DNA of 35,963 bases. It comes from a virus. Made by a program: the position numbers and the translations under genes. Location of the stretch: UHGV virus genome UHGV-0041739, one strand, 5' to 3'. The stretch's first letter is position 1. Each line of letters opens with the position of its first letter. Positions 1 to 9,617 of the stretch are shown here, piece after piece. Under the pieces are notes generated by a model. It did no database searches, was not told where the DNA came from, and worked only from the letters and a program-made list of their open reading frames with translations.

Positions 1-49
1 GATGTGGTTTACTGCAAACATCCGCCAGTTAACTCCCGGTGTTACAGGG

Positions 50-595
50 TTAGTGGCTTTGCGCTATAAGATCGTCTGGCGATAGTCGGGTCACCATCAT
101 AACTAACTCTCTGTCTAAACCTCTATCCAGCATCTCCTGAGCAATACGCAGGGCTTCTTCGCGTTTGCCCAGAATTAATCCATCATTCCGCCCTTCTTCA
201 CGTAATCTGTCAGCAATGGTCATCAGTTTCTCCTTTTCTTGTGGTGCGCGTTCTGCTATCTCACCAATAAATGCACGGAAACGCTGGGCATCTCCCGTTT
301 GTAATACATAATTAAACAGGGCTTTTAGCTGTCTGTCATTAGTGTTCCCTGTAACTAGCAGCGAAACAATTTGGTCGACTAATCCCAACAGATCGCGCTG
401 ACGAATATGTTTCTGAATTAACTCCAACAGCGCCATTTTGCGGTGTTGCATAATCTCGTCATCCGGCACCACGGTAATATCCACCAACGGAAAAGCCGAT
501 GAATATATTTTACGGGCAATCGCAGGCTCAGCAAATTCATCAAGCCAGCAGAGTGAATAAGGATAAGGACTTCTGCAACCATGATAAAACAGCAT
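50..595 (-). CDS. Host flank: C-terminal portion of an Rpn/YhgA-like (PD-(D/E)XK, Transposase_31 family) protein, apparently truncated at its 5' end by the Mu-like insertion
   Basis: ORF begins 3 nt from the prophage end and the frame stays open into phage DNA. C-terminal pattern [16 protein letters not shown]...[18 protein letters not shown] resembles Rpn-family C-termini (from memory, no search). At 181 aa it is shorter than typical ~290 aa Rpn proteins. Confidence 0.4.
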   Translation of the reverse strand: MLFYHGCRSPYPYSLCWLDEFAEPAIARKIYSSAFPLVDITVVPDDEIMQHRKMALLELIQKHIRQRDLLGLVDQIVSLLVTGNTNDRQLKALFNYVLQTGDAQRFRAFIGEIAERAPQEKEKLMTIADRLREEGRNDGLILGKREEALRIAQEMLDRGLDRELVMMVTRLSPDDLIAQSH

Positions 596-598
596 CGG

Positions 599-713
599 TG
601 AAGCGGCGCACGAAAAACGCGAAAGCGTTTCACGATAAATGCGAAAACTTTAGCTTTCGCGCTTCAAATGAAACAGCAGTATTAATTACTGCTTTTTATT
701 CATTACATGGGGA
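599..713. other. Mu right end (attR) with clustered MuA end-binding sites (R1-R3 type CGAAA/TTTCG repeats)
   Basis: Repeated ACGAAAAACGCGAAAG / GCGAAAACTTTAGCTTTCGCG motifs within ~100 bp of the terminus; mom stop codon at 714. Confidence 0.8.
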
Positions 714-1439
714 TCACTTAGGGTATGGCTGAACCCTGAATAGCTTGGTATTTAGCCGCTTCCTTGCTCGCTTGTTCAGGAATCTGATGTAGCGATACTG
801 ATTAAATTTGTGCACCACGGCACGCTCTTTATTAGCCCGTAAATACACGCCTCGTTGTCCACCTCGCTTAATCGCGTTCATCGTTATCTCGTGATACCAC
901 TCACCATCCAGCTCGTAGAACGTACTTTCATGACTGCCAATAAAATCAAAATTCGACGCCTGATACACAACGCCTGCGCGTCCGCAGCGTTCGTCAGCAA
1001 AGGACTGAACCCACTCCACTGACGGATACAGTAATCTGATAACTTTCAGCGCGTAGCTAATGGCCCGTGATTCAGAGTTGCGGGGCATGTCGTCGTGTAG
1101 CCACATGCGGTTCAACTCCATATAGCCCCGGTTATCCGTTTCAAGCACGACACGACGACCTGAGTTGGGGTTAAGGGCATATCCCCACTGGAGAACGCCA
1201 ACCAGATCGCGTCCGCTGAATACCCCCAGGTGAAGGTAAGAGTTATTCACAAAACGGCGGGAATAGTGCTTTGTCTGAATAATTGTGCGGGCTAGCCAGC
1301 AGGATATGGTTTCAACGCGCAGCTCCTTTGAACCATAGCCAACAATCTGGCCTTCATACTCAATAACGCACGGTTTCGTCAGAATGCGTGATTTCTTCTC
1401 TTTTCCCACAATGTTTCTCCGTGGGATGCTCGCAGGCAT
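714..1439 (-). CDS. mom: Mom DNA modification protein (adenine acetamido-modification, anti-restriction)
   Basis: Last gene before attR, directly downstream of and overlapping com, as in Mu. True start may lie downstream of the ORF-track start. Confidence 0.85.
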   Translation of the reverse strand: MPASIPRRNIVGKEKKSRILTKPCVIEYEGQIVGYGSKELRVETISCWLARTIIQTKHYSRRFVNNSYLHLGVFSGRDLVGVLQWGYALNPNSGRRVVLETDNRGYMELNRMWLHDDMPRNSESRAISYALKVIRLLYPSVEWVQSFADERCGRAGVVYQASNFDFIGSHESTFYELDGEWYHEITMNAIKRGGQRGVYLRANKERAVVHKFNQYRYIRFLNKRARKRLNTKLFRVQPYPK

Positions 1440-1548
1440 TCAGCATTATGATGTGACGTTTGCAACGCGGACACCTGATTTCAATGTGAACAAAGGAATC
1501 CGCCTTAAATAACAGTTTGTTGCAGTTTTTACAGCGAATTGATTTCAT
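1360..1548 (-). CDS. com: Com zinc-finger translational activator of mom
   Basis: 62 aa with CxxC...CxxC zinc ribbon ([13 protein letters not shown]...CPRCKRH); overlaps the mom 5' end. Confidence 0.88.
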   Translation of the reverse strand: MKSIRCKNCNKLLFKADSFVHIEIRCPRCKRHIIMLNACEHPTEKHCGKREEITHSDETVRY

Positions 1549-1665
1549 CTCACCTCCTTTGCATCAATTCGCCACTATCTTAAAAAACATCGTGGGTTAA
1601 GTGTGGTTATTAGGGCATAATCGATCTGTATTACCGATCGATTTGATTGATTCGATCGTCGTTTT
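1549..1665 (-). promoter_or_regulatory. mom promoter region: three GATC Dam sites (1623-1626, 1636-1639, 1654-1657) and a candidate C-activator site (1605-1622)
   Basis: Three GATC within 35 bp upstream of com, overlapping the gin 3' end. The dyad-like GATTATGCCCTAATAACC (minus strand) matches the known Pmom architecture (Dam/OxyR switch plus C site). Confidence 0.7.
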
Positions 1666-2224
1666 CTATATGCGTTCGTTTCGCAGGGTGTTTTTTATAC
1701 AGAGTTGACAGGGCCACATCGTAGATCAATGCGACCTGCTTGCGGGGGATTCCTTGTGCTAATAAACGCCCGGCCTGCTCCCACTCTGCTTTGGTTAGTT
1801 TAGGTGGTCGCCCACCAATACGGCCTTTATTTCTGGCGGCAGCAAGTCCAGCCATCGTTCGCTCGATAATTAGTTCTCGTTCCATTTCAGCCAGAGCCCC
1901 CATAACGTGGAAGAAAAAACGCCCCATTGGAGAAGATGTGTCTATGTTGTCGGTCAGACTGCGAAAATTAATCCCTCGCTCCCGTAGTTCCCCGACGAGA
2001 GAAATCAGATGTTTCATACTTCGCCCGAGGCGATCCAGTTTCCAGACAACCAGCGTGTCACCTTTTTGAAGGCGCTTTAAAGCGCGTTTTAATCCCGGTC
2101 GGTCTGTCTTTGTCCCGCTTAATTTATCTTCAAATATTTGTTCACATCCTGCACAAACAAGAGCGTTTCGTTGCAGGTCTGTATTCTGGTCATTTGTTGA
2201 TACCCTTATATAGCCAATCAGCAC
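1631..2224 (-). CDS. gin: Gin serine DNA invertase (resolvase/invertase family)
   Basis: N-terminus MLIGYIRVSTNDQNTDLQ with catalytic Ser, C-terminal HTH; located beside the G segment. Confidence 0.93.
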   Translation of the reverse strand: MLIGYIRVSTNDQNTDLQRNALVCAGCEQIFEDKLSGTKTDRPGLKRALKRLQKGDTLVVWKLDRLGRSMKHLISLVGELRERGINFRSLTDNIDTSSPMGRFFFHVMGALAEMERELIIERTMAGLAAARNKGRIGGRPPKLTKAEWEQAGRLLAQGIPRKQVALIYDVALSTLYKKHPAKRTHIENDDRINQIDR

Positions 2225-2278
2225 TCTGGATCTCCCGTTTAAAAGCGCAAATCATGCCATGCAGGCCGGAAACAGCCA

Positions 2279-2312
2279 TTATCCAAAACCTCGGTTTACA
2301 GGAAACGGTAAA
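2279..2312. repeat. gix recombination site (gin-proximal) within the S'v 5' end
   Basis: TTATCCAAAACCTCGGTTTACAGGAAAC is present in inverted orientation at ~5323-5350; near-identity extends ~80 bp. Confidence 0.8.
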
Positions 2313-3249
2313 TCAGGCTTCTGGCGCATTACAGAAAAACCAGAACGGCGCAGATATTCCGGGAAAAGATACCTTCACCAAAAATATTGGGGCCTGTCGC
2401 GCATATAGCGCATGGCTGAATATTGGTGGCGATAGTCAGACCTGGACAACCGCACAATTCATTTCGTGGCTGGAGAGTCAGGGGGCATTTAACCATCCTT
2501 ACTGGATGTGCAAAGGCTCATGGGCTTATGCAAACAATAAGGTCATTACAGATACAGGTTGCGGAAATATTTGTCTTGCAGGTGCTGTGGTGGAAGTTAT
2601 TGGCACTCGCGGCGCAATGACCATACGCGTTACTACGCCGAGTACATCCAGCGGTGGCGGAATTACTAACGCTCAATTCACCTATATTAATCATGGTAAT
2701 GCTTATGCTCCTGGCTGGCGACGAGACTACAACACGAAAAACCAGCAGCCTGCATTTGCTTTAGGGCAAACAGGAAGCAGGGTTGCAAATGATAAAGCTG
2801 TTGGCTGGAACTGGAATAGCGGCATTTATGATGCAGATATCAGTGGCGCATCGACATTAATCCTCCACTTTAATATGAATGCGGGGAGTTGCCCTGCTGT
2901 ACAGTTCCGCGTGAATTACAGGAACGGCGGTATTTTTTATCGTTCAGCGCGTGATGGTTATGGATTTGAGGCTGACTGGTCAGAGTTTTACACCACGACC
3001 CGCAAACCCTCTGCGGGAGATGTTGGTGCATACACGCAGGCAGAATGTAACTCAAGGTTTATTACAGGTATTCGCCTTGGCGGTCTGTCATCTGTTCAGA
3101 CATGGAATGGTCCCGGCTGGTCTGACAGGTCAGGTTATGTCGTTACGGGTTCAGTTAACGGAAACCGTGATGAATTAATTGATACAACTCAGGCAAGGCC
3201 AATTCAGTATTGCATTAATGGAAGGTGGTATAACGCGGGGAGTATTTAA
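2280..3249 (+). CDS. S': S'v alternative tail-fibre variable cassette (silent; no own start, expressed only after G inversion fuses it to Sc)
   Basis: ORF-track entry 2110-3249 extends upstream into gin antisense; homology to S (IIQNLGLQETVNQASGALQKNQNGADIP) begins at the gix site. Gly/Asn/Thr-rich fibre-like composition. Confidence 0.7.
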
Positions 3250-3251
3250 TT

Positions 3252-3785
3252 ATGATGCACTTAAAAAACATTACTGCTGGCAACCCTAAAACAAAAGAGC
3301 AATACCAGCTAACGAAACAATTTAACATCAAATGGCTTTATACAGAGGATGGGAAAAACTGGTATGAGGAACAAAAGAACTTTCAGCCTGATACGTTGAA
3401 AATGGTCTATGACCACAACGACGTTATTATTTGTATTGAAAAGGATGTTTCAGCAATTAATCCAGAAGGCGCAAGCGTCGTTGAGGTTCCTGATATTACA
3501 GCAAATCGCCGGGCTGATATTTCGGGTAAATGGATGTTCAAAGATGGCGTAGTGATAAAGCGAACTTATACCGAGGAGGAACAGAGGCAGCAGGCAGAGA
3601 ATGAAAAGCAAAGCCTATTGCAACTTGTCAGGGATAAAACCCAGCTATGGGACTCACAGCTACGGCTGGGTATCATTTCCAACGAGAATAAACAAAAATT
3701 AACCGAGTGGATGCTCTATGCGCAGAAGGTCGAATCCACAGACACCTCCAGCCTGCCAGTAACGTTTCCAGAACAACCAGAATGA
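3252..3785 (+). CDS. U': U' tail fibre assembly chaperone (alternative)
   Basis: Paralog of U ([24 protein letters not shown] vs [24 protein letters not shown]); follows S'v directly. Confidence 0.85.
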   Translation: MMHLKNITAGNPKTKEQYQLTKQFNIKWLYTEDGKNWYEEQKNFQPDTLKMVYDHNDVIICIEKDVSAINPEGASVVEVPDITANRRADISGKWMFKDGVVIKRTYTEEEQRQQAENEKQSLLQLVRDKTQLWDSQLRLGIISNENKQKLTEWMLYAQKVESTDTSSLPVTFPEQPE

Positions 3786-3787
3786 AA

Positions 3788-3812
3788 CAAGGCCCGCTAT
3801 CGGGCCTTAATT
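3788..3812. terminator. Bidirectional intrinsic terminator between convergent U and U'
   Basis: GGCCCG-CTAT-CGGGCC hairpin (3791-3806) flanked by T-rich tracts on both strands. Confidence 0.6.
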
Positions 3813-3813
3813 T

Positions 3814-4341
3814 TTATTCAGGCTTTTGTGGCCATTCAGGATTTGCCGTATCCACACGGCTGACCAGAACGCTGTAGCGTTCCCATGCTTCCAGTCGTGT
3901 GCGTTCCTCGTCTGTTGCCATATTCAGCCTGACAGCGCGTTCCAGCGGCTGGATGACTGATTCAGCTTCGGAAATCAACGCGGCCTTTTGTGATTCGGCC
4001 TGTTGTTGCTGTTCGTCAGCCGTATAAATCCGCTTAATCACAGCACCATCCTTAAACATCCATTTACCTGAGTCATCAGCACGTCGGTTGGCGGTAATAT
4101 CAGGAACCTCGACAACGCTAAAACCTTCAGGGTTAAGCGTGGAGGCATCTTTGGTGATGGCGACAATAATATTATTTTCGTCGTATACAATCTTTATGGT
4201 GTCGTCCTGAAAGTTATTTACTTCCTCATACCAGTTTTTACCGTCTTCTGTATATAACCAGATAACATCAAAATTCTTTGTTAGCTGACATTGCTCTTTT
4301 GTTTTTGGATTTCCTGACTTAATATTTTTTAAATGCTGCAT
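3814..4341 (-). CDS. U: U tail fibre assembly chaperone
   Basis: 175 aa, immediately downstream of S; paralogous to U'. Confidence 0.85.
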   Translation of the reverse strand: MQHLKNIKSGNPKTKEQCQLTKNFDVIWLYTEDGKNWYEEVNNFQDDTIKIVYDENNIIVAITKDASTLNPEGFSVVEVPDITANRRADDSGKWMFKDGAVIKRIYTADEQQQQAESQKAALISEAESVIQPLERAVRLNMATDEERTRLEAWERYSVLVSRVDTANPEWPQKPE

Positions 4342-4344
4342 AAT

Positions 4345-5847
4345 TTACACCTGTGCGACGTTATACCATGTGCCATTGATGTATTTTTGTATTGGTCTGA
4401 AGATGGCTTCATCATCGCCATCTACTTCACCAATGATTCTTAATCCGGTAATTGCGTGTCCGGCTTTTTCATAACGACCACCACGCGCCATCAATTGAAC
4501 AACACGCGTACCCAGGCGAACATCTTTCACATAACGGGAATCAAAGTTACCGTAATCCGAGGGGTTAACACGCCCTGTAATATTTATGGTTTTATTACTT
4601 TGAATGCTGCCGGAGACAAAGCGCATAACATGGACGTTATTAGCATAAACGTCCAGATTACCGTCGCCATTTTGTTTAAAGCCCGTGTCATTATCACCCA
4701 AAACAATCGAGTTACCGCCAAGAGCACTGGATGTTCCGATACCCAGTGCACCATTCAATTGACCACCAGATAATGACAACGCCCCAACATCAGCAGCAGT
4801 CGGTTTTATGTGCGAACTGTAAATTACATATACAGTCCCATCTGTCAGGCCTGTCGGTTTATTCGCTGTATAAGTTGGTGATGTATGAATTTGTACAGTG
4901 GCATCCTTTGTATAATCCCACTGGATATTAACACCCGTGGCGTAATTACCTATTTCTACATAAATGTCATAGGTATCACCGGATGTATTCACCCATGCAA
5001 AATTAGTAAATCCAACCGAGGTCCGTCGCCATAATGCACCAGTAATACCCTTTGGATTTCCATTTCCGGCACGCAGAACCAGCTCAGAGATGCCTGCTTG
5101 CTGCGGGGAGCCAACGTTATACCCTGCACCACCAATCAGGCTTATGTAAACCACGGAACTGGCTTGTGGCATTGTTACAGTTGCCAGTTTGAACCATCCT
5201 GCACCACCATTAAAAGACATGGTTGTTGAATTTGTTGCTCCAATATTGCGCAGGAATAATCTTTTATCAGGAATATCTGCGCCATTCTGGTTTTTCTGCA
5301 ACGCACCAGAAGCCTGATTTACCGTTTCCTGTAAACCGAGGTTTTGGATAAACAGCGGCTTATTGGGAATATCTGCTCCGTTCCGGTCTTTTGCCAGACG
5401 GGCATTGGCATTATCCATCGCAATTTTCACCGCTTTTGCGGTGGCTGCCAGCGTTTCACTGGGGCTGTCAGTGGCACTGGTTAGCTGAACGAGTCCTTTT
5501 TTGTTCAGGCTGGCATCATAGATATCCAGATTTTCACGTGCTGTACGCTGTGCTGATGCCCCGGCAATTTTAATTTCGCTGAGGTTATTTTTTATCAGCA
5601 GCGCGTTATTGCTCATAATGGATTTAATGGACAGTGCAAGCTGGTTTAATTTTGTTTTATCCGGTTGAATACCGGCTTCTTCCAGCGTGTTTAATAACTC
5701 CGCCTGCACAATATTAAACCAGTCCATGCCGGGCCATGTGATAACATTATTCCCGTCACCTTCTGAAAACCAGCGAACGATAGCACTACGCTGGGCGGAT
5801 ACGGGCGGCATGACGGTTACGCCGCTGTCGTTATCAATATAAAACAT
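4345..5847 (-). CDS. S: S tail fibre protein (Sc constant N-terminal ~165 aa plus Sv variable part inside the G segment)
   Basis: 500 aa; gix site lies within the coding sequence at residues ~165-178 (LFIQNLGLQETVNQ); Gly/Asn/Thr-rich C-terminal fibre region. Confidence 0.88.
   Translation of the reverse strand: MFYIDNDSGVTVMPPVSAQRSAIVRWFSEGDGNNVITWPGMDWFNIVQAELLNTLEEAGIQPDKTKLNQLALSIKSIMSNNALLIKNNLSEIKIAGASAQRTARENLDIYDASLNKKGLVQLTSATDSPSETLAATAKAVKIAMDNANARLAKDRNGADIPNKPLFIQNLGLQETVNQASGALQKNQNGADIPDKRLFLRNIGATNSTTMSFNGGAGWFKLATVTMPQASSVVYISLIGGAGYNVGSPQQAGISELVLRAGNGNPKGITGALWRRTSVGFTNFAWVNTSGDTYDIYVEIGNYATGVNIQWDYTKDATVQIHTSPTYTANKPTGLTDGTVYVIYSSHIKPTAADVGALSLSGGQLNGALGIGTSSALGGNSIVLGDNDTGFKQNGDGNLDVYANNVHVMRFVSGSIQSNKTINITGRVNPSDYGNFDSRYVKDVRLGTRVVQLMARGGRYEKAGHAITGLRIIGEVDGDDEAIFRPIQKYINGTWYNVAQV
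5317..5350. repeat. gix recombination site (S-proximal), inverted copy
   Basis: GTTTCCTGTAAACCGAGGTTTTGGATAA, reverse complement of the 2279-2306 site. Confidence 0.8.
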
Positions 5848-6389
5848 TAGTTATCTCCGTCATGGTAAACAAATTTATAAATCTGATGCGCGGGTTTATA
5901 TTTCTCCAGTAAACATTCCAGCGCACCCGATTCATAAACACGTAACGGCGTCAGAACATTATCCAGCACCGTTGCGTTGCGATAATTTTTAATACCGTAA
6001 ATATTGACCTGCGTAACCCACTGGCCTTCTGTGGAATCCGTCAGCCTGACGGTAAAACCGTACTGCGCAGCCAGCCATTCATAAAAGCGCCTACTCAGAT
6101 TGCCGGTCATACGCATTTTATTTGCGGCAGCCCGCTGGCGTTCTGACAGGGTGCCGTTTTCGCTGGTACAGTCCGGCAACCCCAGAAATGATTCCCACTC
6201 ACCCAGATACCAGCGGGATGTGGACGGGAAACGCTCCCGCAGCATTTGCCGCGCATCATCCGCCGCAGTGGCAATCACGTCGCTGATGGCCTGCGCCAGC
6301 GCAGATAATTTGCTGTCGGGGCTTTTATTCCAGGCAAGCCCTGACGGCAGTAATTGCAGAAAGGCCGTCTGATAGGGTGTTACAGCCAT
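5847..6389 (-). CDS. Baseplate/tail protein (Mu gp48-like, DUF2313-type)
   Basis: Position between the J-like baseplate gene and S; start/stop overlap with neighbours. Confidence 0.6.
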   Translation of the reverse strand: MAVTPYQTAFLQLLPSGLAWNKSPDSKLSALAQAISDVIATAADDARQMLRERFPSTSRWYLGEWESFLGLPDCTSENGTLSERQRAAANKMRMTGNLSRRFYEWLAAQYGFTVRLTDSTEGQWVTQVNIYGIKNYRNATVLDNVLTPLRVYESGALECLLEKYKPAHQIYKFVYHDGDN

Positions 6390-7462
6390 TCAATTGTCCC
6401 CGGTGTTAACAGTTCCGTATTCTCCGAACGCTGGATCTCTGTCGGGAAACGCACTTCAAAATCATCCAGACCGGTAACACCTGCCACCGCACGGATAATA
6501 CGGGAGGGGGCAAGTGCGCCGCCCGGCATCACCTCATTAAAAAACATGGTATTAATGGCGTTGGTAATAGCCTGTTTCAGTTCGGCTGTCTTCGGTGATA
6601 TATAAATCCGTGGATTTACCGGCTTTGCCTTTGGCGCAAATACCGTGACATTTACACCGTCAGGCTGTCCGACAATCAGACCAGTGATCGGGTCAGTATG
6701 ACCGGCGATATAATCCGCCACGCGTTCCACGTCTGCCGGTTGCGGAAAAATATTGCTCCGGTTATCCATAACAAACGTCACCCCGACTGTGCCACCGCCT
6801 TTCCATGTCGGAAAACACCAGGCGCGGGTAACGCCGCTGACTTCACGTGCCCAGCGAACGTAATCAAACTGATTACCGCCGAACGGAGGGTACTGGACAC
6901 GATATTCCAGCCGTGACAGCAGCTCCGCTGCACTCTCAATATCAGCCCCACCGGAAAACCCTTTTACAGTGATGGCATCGGAAACAACACAGGCAACCGG
7001 GGTGATCAACGTTAAAAGGGTATTCTCACCGGTATTTCCTGCCTCACCGGCAGCCAGTGCGGTAACGGTAATTTCCGTCGTTCCTGCATGGTCAATCACA
7101 ATGGCATCAGCCAGGCTGTAAACCACACCATCAGCACGCTGCCAGCGTGTACCGGCAGGAATGGTTGTCGCTGCCGATGTGGTGACAGTCAGCGGGCCGC
7201 TGGCGGCTGTCGCCTGTTTGCGGCGCACACCCCAGAACCGGCAGTGCTCCAGCAACTCATCTTCATCTGCTGTCGACGGGATAATCTGCCGCCCAACCCA
7301 CGAAATATGCTCGTGACAACCGGCAGCAAGCCCTGCCTGGGCGTAAGCAATGGCACTCAGCGTTTTTTCACGGGCCTGAGGCCAGCTACCCGGCAGGCGC
7401 TGTTCAATATTCTGTTCTGTACGGGCAATCAGCGATGATAATGTCGGTGGTGAATAAGCCAT
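6380..7462 (-). CDS. Baseplate J-like wedge protein (Mu gp47-like)
   Basis: 360 aa, position and size in the baseplate module. Confidence 0.65.
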   Translation of the reverse strand: MAYSPPTLSSLIARTEQNIEQRLPGSWPQAREKTLSAIAYAQAGLAAGCHEHISWVGRQIIPSTADEDELLEHCRFWGVRRKQATAASGPLTVTTSAATTIPAGTRWQRADGVVYSLADAIVIDHAGTTEITVTALAAGEAGNTGENTLLTLITPVACVVSDAITVKGFSGGADIESAAELLSRLEYRVQYPPFGGNQFDYVRWAREVSGVTRAWCFPTWKGGGTVGVTFVMDNRSNIFPQPADVERVADYIAGHTDPITGLIVGQPDGVNVTVFAPKAKPVNPRIYISPKTAELKQAITNAINTMFFNEVMPGGALAPSRIIRAVAGVTGLDDFEVRFPTEIQRSENTELLTPGTIEWL

Positions 7463-7900
7463 TTAAACCCCGTTAAATGCTGCTTTAAACTCATAAGGAA
7501 TAACGGAACCATCCGGTAATGTCAGTGCAATGTAGAGGTATAACCAGCCCTGATGTAACTGTTCCGCTCTGACGTTAATCGCACTTACCCGGCCCGCTGT
7601 TTTCAGCCATTCCAGCGCCTCTTCGGCATACCCTCTGGCGCGTTCCAGCGTATCCGGCGTGGCTTTTTCACGTGACAACAGCCACAACCGCGAACCGATG
7701 GGGCGGTCGCGGTAACTGTCCCCCCACCATCCACGGCGATTATCTGAACCATCCGGCAGCGTGTCAGAATCCAGCGCGCGCCGGTCTGTAAACAGGGAGA
7801 TTGTCACATCGGTTGTCAGGCTGTCGTCGGTCAGCATATCAATGCCATCCTGTGCAATATCGCCGCGTCCGTTCGTCCAGATAATGGCTAAATCGGTCAT
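7463..7900 (-). CDS. Baseplate protein, GPW/gp25-like (Mu gp46-like)
   Basis: 145 aa between the spike and J-like genes. Confidence 0.6.
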   Translation of the reverse strand: MTDLAIIWTNGRGDIAQDGIDMLTDDSLTTDVTISLFTDRRALDSDTLPDGSDNRRGWWGDSYRDRPIGSRLWLLSREKATPDTLERARGYAEEALEWLKTAGRVSAINVRAEQLHQGWLYLYIALTLPDGSVIPYEFKAAFNGV

Positions 7901-8490
7901 TGCATCGGCCCCGTGGTTCCGCCGCTGTCGCCGCGGTGGATATGCTTATCCGTCGATTTGCCATTGATGATGGCATCCGGGGCAGTAATATTGCTGTCGA
8001 ACTGGCTTTTACCTTTAACGCCCAGACCTTTCTGGATCTCAACGTCGCCGGTAAATGTGGTTCTGGGTGTATCAACGGTCATACCTTCATCAGCGTAAAC
8101 CTCAACCGTTTTACAGGTAATGATGCAGCGCCCGTCCTTTGTCAGCCTGATTCGATGCCCCTCGTGGTGGTAAATGCCTGCATCACCCGGTTCAAGATTT
8201 GTCGGGCGGTAGCGGCGGTCTTCCACCACAACGGCAATCCCCTGATCACGTTGTGCACCCACACAGGCAATCAGCGCCTCTGCGCCCGGCAGGGGAACGC
8301 TGAAATGCCCGTAATTTTGCAGGCGCTCCACTTCATCAGATTCCTCATCATCCAGCAGACCGACCTGCAGGTTCTGAACCTTTCGCCCGTCGTTAATCAC
8401 GTTAACAACGGCACGCGCAAGCATCAGACGCACACGACGCATCAGCGGTGTCAACAGGCGGTTCATGGCGGAATCATTTACTCTTTCCAC
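7897..8490 (-). CDS. Baseplate assembly protein V / central spike (Mu gp45-like)
   Basis: 197 aa with gpV-like features (...GDVEIQKGLGVKGKSQFDSNITAP...HIHRGDSGGTTGP). Confidence 0.7.
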   Translation of the reverse strand: MERVNDSAMNRLLTPLMRRVRLMLARAVVNVINDGRKVQNLQVGLLDDEESDEVERLQNYGHFSVPLPGAEALIACVGAQRDQGIAVVVEDRRYRPTNLEPGDAGIYHHEGHRIRLTKDGRCIITCKTVEVYADEGMTVDTPRTTFTGDVEIQKGLGVKGKSQFDSNITAPDAIINGKSTDKHIHRGDSGGTTGPMQ

Positions 8491-9617
8491 GGCGGCGTTT
8501 TCTCCGGGTGTCTGCGATAATAATCTTCAACCAGCGCATCAATACCGCCGTTACTGTCGCCGCCTTTCCTGTTTTTACGGTCGCTTTCAACCGGCACCAG
8601 AAAGCCTTCGCGTGGTGCAAGGCTGAGGCGGGTTTTCAGCCCGTCCTGGTCATTCAGTATCAGGGTGACTTTGCTGACCAGTAATTCTGTGGTTTTGATG
8701 GCATATTTCGAGGCATCAATAGTGACCAGCAGGTTCGGCATCCAGAGTTGCCCGTCCTTGCGTGTCCATCCGTCAATTTCTGCCTCAAAGGTGATGGATT
8801 TTGCCAGTCTGCGGCGTTGCTCACGCAGGGCGCGGGCCTGTGCATCCTTCGCCGTAATTTTGCTGTCGGCAATGATGATCATCGGTCTGTAACGGGTCAC
8901 ATCACTGTCAGTGGCGGTCCCTTTCCGGGAGACGATACTTTTCGCATCAATATCATCACCCTCAGCACCGTTTGCGCGGGCATACCCCTTGACGGTGTAT
9001 TCGCTGAACCGGTCGCGGAAGTCTTCCTCAAAATCCAGTGTCAGCAGATTTTCTCCGAGAACCAGCTCATCAGTGGCTGTGCTGGCAGCCCGGCTGAATA
9101 CCAGCTCTCCTGCGGCATTGCTGGTCATCAGTACACCGCGTGCGCGGGAGGCACGCACCAGCGCCTCATAAACGGTTTCTGAATGGTCCAGCGTGAAGCC
9201 GGGAAAAGCTGCCGAACTTTCCTTATCGGAAAGCTCCCAGCGAACGGTAACGCCATAAGGAGCGCACAGGTCACGCGCAATCTGTTCCAGTGTGCGGTTT
9301 TTCCACTGCCCGCCACTGTAAACGGCTGCACAGTCAATCAGGTCAGCCGTTTTGTCGCGCCCGGCAATAATGATTTTCATGCTGTCAGCGGCCATCTGGC
9401 GTCGCCGCGAATCGATGTAACCGGTGCAGACAATCTGCCCGTCGATTTCCAGCGTGAACGCTTTCCCCGGTGCCAGCCCGGATAAATCTGTACCCGGTGG
9501 CACATTCACCCCCAGCTCAAAATATCCGGCTACGGATTCAATGGAGCGGGTGACAGAGACTGACGTCCAGCCGGTAAACAGCCTGCCATCCGCTCGCAGT
9601 GTGACGGTATTACTCAT
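8478..9617 (-). CDS. Tail/baseplate hub protein (Mu P-like, gp44)
   Basis: 379 aa directly downstream of the DNA circularization gene; collinear with Mu. Confidence 0.65.
   Translation of the reverse strand: MSNTVTLRADGRLFTGWTSVSVTRSIESVAGYFELGVNVPPGTDLSGLAPGKAFTLEIDGQIVCTGYIDSRRRQMAADSMKIIIAGRDKTADLIDCAAVYSGGQWKNRTLEQIARDLCAPYGVTVRWELSDKESSAAFPGFTLDHSETVYEALVRASRARGVLMTSNAAGELVFSRAASTATDELVLGENLLTLDFEEDFRDRFSEYTVKGYARANGAEGDDIDAKSIVSRKGTATDSDVTRYRPMIIIADSKITAKDAQARALREQRRRLAKSITFEAEIDGWTRKDGQLWMPNLLVTIDASKYAIKTTELLVSKVTLILNDQDGLKTRLSLAPREGFLVPVESDRKNRKGGDSNGGIDALVEDYYRRHPEKTPPWKE

Larger units (their letters stand above)
2279..5350. other. Invertible G segment (~3.07 kb), currently in the orientation expressing S-U (G(+)-like)
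   Basis: Bounded by inverted gix-containing repeats; holds two convergent tail-fibre/assembly gene pairs; Sc (constant part of S) is contiguous with Sv on the minus strand. Confidence 0.8.

Noticed and set aside
1740-2069. 109-aa plus-strand ORF inside gin
   Set aside because: Antisense to the well-conserved Gin invertase; Ser/Arg/Pro-rich; spurious.
2110-2278. N-terminal extension of the S'v ORF-track entry
   Set aside because: Overlaps gin on the opposite strand and precedes the gix site; S'v has no independent start and is expressed only as a fusion to Sc after inversion.
7900-8520. 206-aa plus-strand ORF (and similar 10214-10690, 20746-21327, 22328-22819, 22714-23262, 35089-35532)
   Set aside because: All are antisense to well-supported Mu structural or transposase genes, with biased composition; treated as non-coding shadow ORFs.
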